Positions 59,523-64,000 of a DNA stretch of 64,000 nucleotides are shown in pieces. Below the pieces are notes generated by a model that saw only the letters and a list, made by a program, of their open reading frames with translations, was not told the origin of the DNA and did not search any database. Each line of letters starts with the position of its first letter. Position 1 is the first letter of the stretch. A program made the translations under genes and the position numbers. This DNA comes from Candidatus Hermodarchaeota archaeon (GTDB lineage Archaea > Asgardarchaeota > Lokiarchaeia > Sigyniarchaeales > SOKP01). Where the stretch lies: the NCBI GenBank assembly GCA_048885535.1, contig JBHLLO010000007.1:13665-77664 (forward strand), read 5' to 3'.

Positions 59523-60461
59523 ATGAAGATTGAAAAATCTAGTCAAGATCTTGAAAACGAAGTAATTTATGCTGGTTTATGCATTCATTGTGGCAGTTGT
59601 AATGCTTTTTGCCCACATATGGATTTTGATGAGAAAACTGGAGAAGCTTATGTAGTAGATGAATGTGCTGAAACTGTAGGCTTATGCTATAATGCATGTC
59701 CAAGAAGTTTTTTACCGGTCTCTGAAATTGAAGAGAAATTATTTGGTCAAACAAGAGTTGATTTAGCTGTAGGTGTTTATAAGGATATAATCCAAGTAAA
59801 GTCGAAAACAAAAGATTCTATTCTCTATAATTTAGTATTGGCTGCATTTGAGTCTGGAGTCGTCAAAAATTTCGTTTTGAGCGAAAAAAAGGACAAGAAT
59901 TCCCCTGCATTTCCAGTTATAATTGACAAAATACAAGAAGCTAAAAAATTTATACCAGAAAAGACGAACCAAAATGCTGGTCCATTAATTACCGGTATTG
60001 GAAAAGCATATTTAAATAAAAAGAGAGAAATTGGAATAATAGCTAACCCTTGCCATTTTCAGGGATTAGCAAAAATACTCACAAGTGATTTTAATACAGG
60101 AGCAGAGCGAACCAGTTTAAAAATAGCAATGGCATGCTCAACAGGAGGCATGGATGGTTGTAAATATTGCACTGATTTCTCTGGGGAATTTTCTGATATT
60201 TCTTATAGCCCCTGGGGCGCTCCTAAAGGCACAGGTGAGGCTTTCTTGATAATTCGAACAGAAATCGGCCAAAAAGTAGTTGATCATGCGATAAAGAATA
60301 AGTATCTTGAAATAACCAATAAGGAACCAGATTTAAGTGAAATGAAAAAGTTTCTTAATAACAAGCGCAAAAAGAACTTTAAAACTCTTATAGGCAAAGA
60401 TTTAGTTACAGCAAGATATTTAAAATTAAATTTTGATGAATTTAAGGATTTGTTAGAATAA
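59523..60461 (+). CDS. Coenzyme F420 hydrogenase/dehydrogenase beta subunit (FrhB/FpoF-like) with N-terminal ferredoxin
   Basis: CIHCGSCNAFCP, C...GLCYNACP, NPCH, C..C.DF..E.SDIS, IRTEIG. Confidence 0.8.
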   Translation: MKIEKSSQDLENEVIYAGLCIHCGSCNAFCPHMDFDEKTGEAYVVDECAETVGLCYNACPRSFLPVSEIEEKLFGQTRVDLAVGVYKDIIQVKSKTKDSILYNLVLAAFESGVVKNFVLSEKKDKNSPAFPVIIDKIQEAKKFIPEKTNQNAGPLITGIGKAYLNKKREIGIIANPCHFQGLAKILTSDFNTGAERTSLKIAMACSTGGMDGCKYCTDFSGEFSDISYSPWGAPKGTGEAFLIIRTEIGQKVVDHAIKNKYLEITNKEPDLSEMKKFLNNKRKKNFKTLIGKDLVTARYLKLNFDEFKDLLE

Positions 60462-60490
60462 TTTTAAGGTAAATAACTTTTATTTTTTTA

Positions 60491-61042
60491 TTAATTGCTT
60501 AATTTTTCGATATTTGTTTCATATAATGTCCTACTTAGAATCTCAAATATTATTTCATTCTGATATCCCGTCTTACTTGACGTTTCAAAAAAGTATGGAA
60601 TATTATATTCTTGTTGAAAACTTTTAGCTTCTTCAATAGACACAGTTCTTTTTAACTCTGCTAAGTCATGTTTACAACCTACTAGTATAAAAACAGGTTC
60701 TCCCGCATTCTGTTTAACAATTTCATACCACTCAGGCAAATTCTGAAAGCTAGTGTATCTTGAGATGTCATAACATAATAGACATCCTTTCGCCCCCCTT
60801 GCATAATTCGGCAAGAAAAATCTAAATCTCTTTTCACCCGCAAAATCCCAAACTTGGAGTTTAACTTTATTAGAGTTTACATCTAACTCCTTTGTAGCCA
60901 GATCAGTTCCTATTGTTATCTTCATTGGAACAAATCTTCCTGTTATCAATCTTTGAATCATAGTACTCTTTCCAATGCCGCCATCACCAACTATTACTAT
61001 TTTAAAAAGGTATCTTCGATTCTGATCAGCTACTTGTGTCAT
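60491..61042 (-). CDS. Rab-like small GTPase
   Basis: YLFKIVIVGDGGIGKS, TIG.D, LQVWDFAG..RF, YARGA, GCKHD, FFETSSK. Confidence 0.92.
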   Translation of the reverse strand: MTQVADQNRRYLFKIVIVGDGGIGKSTMIQRLITGRFVPMKITIGTDLATKELDVNSNKVKLQVWDFAGEKRFRFFLPNYARGAKGCLLCYDISRYTSFQNLPEWYEIVKQNAGEPVFILVGCKHDLAELKRTVSIEEAKSFQQEYNIPYFFETSSKTGYQNEIIFEILSRTLYETNIEKLSN

Positions 61043-61098
61043 ACTTCCAGCACATATAAAAGTTTATTAAAAATTATATAGTTTTATACTATAAATTT

Positions 61099-61950
61099 TT
61101 ATTCCATTGATAGAGTATCCTTAAATTTTTTATTTAAATTTTTGAGATTTTTTATTATTTGCTGTTTAATATTTTCTGGGATATCTTTTAATGTCTGATT
61201 TAAATTATCAAGTGTCAAATTGTTAATATCCTTATAAATCAAAAAGAGTAAGAAAGATGTCAATACAGGAGAAATTCCAAGAATAAAAAGTGAAATTATA
61301 GAAATTTGTAATGGTCCAGAAAATTCTATTCCAGTTCCCGGTAAATAAAAATTTATTCCTAAGTTTAAATCATATGAAATTATAATGGAATATAAAATGT
61401 TTAATAGATTCAAAGCTATGAATGTTACTAGATTTAAGATAATAATTCGTCTAGTTCTTTTCCCTTTCAGAAATGAGATGCTATTATCTACTTCTACTCC
61501 TAAATCAATTTTAGAATGCTTCCATACATCAATAATTATCCAGTAAAATCCAAACGAGTAAACAAAGAAAAATAATATATTGAAATAAATATTATAATCA
61601 TCTATTAATTGAGGATGATATAGAGATTCACCACCAATCCACAACAAAAGGATCAATTGAATTAGAGTAGAAAATACAAGCCTATTAGCATGTCTTTTTT
61701 CTAAACCGATAGGGTTATAAATGATTGAATTAGGCTCGTACTTTAATCTCCATTTATTAGTACTGACTATCCTAAAAAATATCGCGTATGCAAAAGTAAT
61801 AATCGGAAATAAAAATAAAAAAATATTATCCCAAGATTGAGCTAGCGTGAATAAAAATAGGATAGTAAAAAGTACAATGTCTCTAAGTAAAATTTCATTA
61901 AACAATTCTCTCAAAAGCAAACTCGGTTTCTCAGAATTATCGTCGGTCAT
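61099..61950 (-). CDS. Multi-pass membrane protein, unknown function
   Basis: About 6 hydrophobic segments. Confidence 0.65.
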   Translation of the reverse strand: MTDDNSEKPSLLLRELFNEILLRDIVLFTILFLFTLAQSWDNIFLFLFPIITFAYAIFFRIVSTNKWRLKYEPNSIIYNPIGLEKRHANRLVFSTLIQLILLLWIGGESLYHPQLIDDYNIYFNILFFFVYSFGFYWIIIDVWKHSKIDLGVEVDNSISFLKGKRTRRIIILNLVTFIALNLLNILYSIIISYDLNLGINFYLPGTGIEFSGPLQISIISLFILGISPVLTSFLLFLIYKDINNLTLDNLNQTLKDIPENIKQQIIKNLKNLNKKFKDTLSME

Positions 61951-62032
61951 TTTTTCACTATAACCTCATTAATAATTAAAATTTTATACTCTCTTACTTA
62001 ATATAAAATTTAAATCATAATGTTATTAAAAT

Positions 62033-64000
62033 ATGACGGATATGACTGCCTTTAATATAAACTATCTTAGCTTTTTTCCTTATGAGAAATTTAGACAACA
62101 GCAGGAAAATATAATAAAAAAAATTGAAAAGGCTTCAAAAAGTAGGAAAATTATTCTTCTTTCAGCTCCAAATGGTACAGGTAAAACAATTATTGCACTT
62201 AGTGCTTTGTTACCCTTAACTTATGAAAAGAATTTGAAAATTATATATCTCTGCAGAACTCATGCCCAAAACTCTAGGATTATTAAGGAGTTAACTAAAA
62301 TTTCGAAGTTATTAGAAAATTCAAAACTAAAAAACAAAGTTAACGGGCTCTCTATTAGAGGTCGCAACGAGATGTGCTTAAATAAAATCTTATTACAACT
62401 TAAATTGAATCCAAGAGAAGCCATGTCAGTATGCAGCGATTTAAGGATAAATGGGAATTGTACGCACTATAATAATTTAATCAGAAAGAAAGATCAGGTT
62501 GAGAATCCTAGATTAATTGCTCTAGAATTAGTAAGTAAACCAGTAGATGCTGAAGAACTTATAGAATTTTGCAAACAAAAAGTATTTTGTCCTTATTATC
62601 TAAGTAAATTTCTCTTAAGTGAAATGAATTTAGTTATCTGTAATTATCAGTGGCTATTTAATCCATTTATTAGAACCAATTTCTTAAATTTTGTAGGCAA
62701 AGAGCTTCAAGATAGTATAGTTGTCATAGATGAGTGTCATAATCTAATAGATGTAGCCACTGAAATTAATTCAGAACATATATCCCCTTATCTATTAAGA
62801 TTATGTTTGAGAGATTTAGAATTGTTTAGTTCTCCCATATCTCTCCAGAATTTTGTTAACTTTACTCTAAGCCATTTAGAAGAAAAATCAAAAGAACTTA
62901 AAAAAAATGAAGTGGAGATTAAACCAGAGCTTTTTCTTCAGCACGTTATAGATAGTCTAGGATTATCAAGTCTTAAAGAGCTAGAGAATTTATTAAAGGA
63001 TTTGAATGATTTCGGAACCTCTATACATGAACAAAGAATAGCTAATGGTGAATTTTCAAGGAATCATATTGGATCTTTGGCAGAATTTTGGATTAAGTTG
63101 TTTCATACTTATTTATTACCTAGTTTCTTTCTTTGTTATAGTTTGCGAGAAATAAAAGGAAAAAAATCAGTTTTCTTAGAAAATGTTGCTTTAGATCCTC
63201 GAGATATTAGTATACCCATTTTAAAAGAGAGTTTTTCTTGTCTTAATCTCTCTGGAACAGTCAATCCATTTGTTTATACAAATTTGATAGGATTTAAAGA
63301 AAGTGGTAAAAAGTATGAAGGAATTATTGCTGACTCCCCTTTCAGCAAAAATAATATTCGTGCATTAATAATTGAAGGTGTAGATACACGTAAAGTAAAT
63401 AGAACCTCACAAATGTATAAAAAAATGATAATGAAAATTGATGAGATTTTATGTTGCACACCAGCAAATATTGGTATTTTTTGTGCTTCTTATAAAGTAT
63501 TAAAAGGCTTAATTTCGAATGGTATAGAGGAAATTGCTAGAAAGAACAATAAAAAATTATTTATTGAAGAATCAGGATTATCTGCTTCTGAAAATTTACT
63601 TTTAGTTAGCAACTATAAAGCAATGGCAAGGAACGCTAATGGGGCAGTATTGCTAGGAGTGTGTGGGGGTAGAAATTCAGAAGGAGAAGATTATCCTGGA
63701 GACTATATGAATTCTGTAGTAATTGCTGGATTTCCTTATCATTTACCATCTCCAAGGGTTGATGCTAAAATAACATATTATGATAAAGTATTTAATAAAC
63801 AAGGCTGGAATTTTGCATATCTATATCCAGCTATTCAAAGAGCAAATCAAGCTTCCGGACGTCCAATTAGAAAGCTAACTGATAAAGGAGCGATAATATT
63901 TATGGATCAACGATTTAAAACTAAATATAATTGGATTCCTAATTGGTTAAGAGAAGAGTTAGAAACTGTACCTGATAAAACTAATGCGATAAAGGAGAAT
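62033..64000 (+). CDS. XPD/Rad3-like Fe-S ATP-dependent DNA helicase, 3'-truncated by the window edge
   Basis: Absent from the ORF track because there is no stop before the window ends. Manual translation gives FPY..FR..Q, SAPNGTGKT, Fe-S cysteines (EMCL..VC..NC..CPYY), IDECHN, SGT, GRNSEGEDY, QASGRPIR. Confidence 0.92.
   Translation, partial: MTDMTAFNINYLSFFPYEKFRQQQENIIKKIEKASKSRKIILLSAPNGTGKTIIALSALLPLTYEKNLKIIYLCRTHAQNSRIIKELTKISKLLENSKLKNKVNGLSIRGRNEMCLNKILLQLKLNPREAMSVCSDLRINGNCTHYNNLIRKKDQVENPRLIALELVSKPVDAEELIEFCKQKVFCPYYLSKFLLSEMNLVICNYQWLFNPFIRTNFLNFVGKELQDSIVVIDECHNLIDVATEINSEHISPYLLRLCLRDLELFSSPISLQNFVNFTLSHLEEKSKELKKNEVEIKPELFLQHVIDSLGLSSLKELENLLKDLNDFGTSIHEQRIANGEFSRNHIGSLAEFWIKLFHTYLLPSFFLCYSLREIKGKKSVFLENVALDPRDISIPILKESFSCLNLSGTVNPFVYTNLIGFKESGKKYEGIIADSPFSKNNIRALIIEGVDTRKVNRTSQMYKKMIMKIDEILCCTPANIGIFCASYKVLKGLISNGIEEIARKNNKKLFIEESGLSASENLLLVSNYKAMARNANGAVLLGVCGGRNSEGEDYPGDYMNSVVIAGFPYHLPSPRVDAKITYYDKVFNKQGWNFAYLYPAIQRANQASGRPIRKLTDKGAIIFMDQRFKTKYNWIPNWLREELETVPDKTNAIKEN

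Noticed and set aside
1189-62032. Intergenic poly-T/poly-A runs as terminators, and TTTAAA/TTATA boxes as promoters
   Set aside because: Plausible in general, but indistinguishable from background at this AT content, so none is called individually.
546-63459. Short ORFs overlapping larger genes (e.g. 546-737, 1328-1642, 7218-7478, 7839-8126, 31048-31464, 39021-39371, 47518-47784, 59539-59811, 63274-63459)
   Set aside because: These are antisense or alternative-frame shadows of well-supported genes, with no recognisable motifs.
1-64000. CRISPR arrays, tRNA/rRNA genes, IS elements, proviral genes
   Set aside because: No regular repeats, GC-rich cloverleaf or rRNA-like blocks, transposase or capsid motifs were seen. 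The only conspicuous GC-rich structured patch is the intron locus.

Overview
This is an AT-rich (roughly 30% GC by eye), gene-dense archaeal window. Its gene content points to an Asgard archaeon of the Lokiarchaeia/Promethearchaeota type: Rag- and Rab-like small GTPases, a longin-like protein, a eukaryote-like presenilin, TPR proteins, H4MPT C1 enzymes, and archaeal-type GlyRS and XPD. Layout: (1) 1-18.4 kb is a lipid/acyl-CoA catabolic island with two paralogous Ltp4-Ltp3-DUF35-DUF35 cassettes, SCP2, a CrtI-like oxidoreductase with an FNR-2Fe2S partner, BKACE, LLM and ACAD; (2) 18.5-38 kb holds glpD, a radical SAM enzyme, TPR and GNAT pairs, glyS and two surface proteins; (3) 38-52 kb holds ftr/mtd/mch, gcvTHP, purine/MTA salvage genes, a beta-CASP nuclease and a RecJ/Cdc45-like gene; (4) 52-64 kb holds GT4, archaemetzincin, presenilin, HADH, FrhB-like, a Rab-like GTPase and a truncated XPD. 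The standout is the RagA/Gtr1-like GTPase gene (minus strand, 40905-39922). It is interrupted by a 30-nt insert with two in-frame UGA stops, and the insert boundaries fall exactly on the cleavage positions of a canonical bulge-helix-bulge motif. This predicts a tRNA-endonuclease-type intron in the mRNA of a eukaryotic-signature protein. No rRNA, tRNA, CRISPR array or transposase was recognised. All calls come from reading motifs by eye; no database searches were run.
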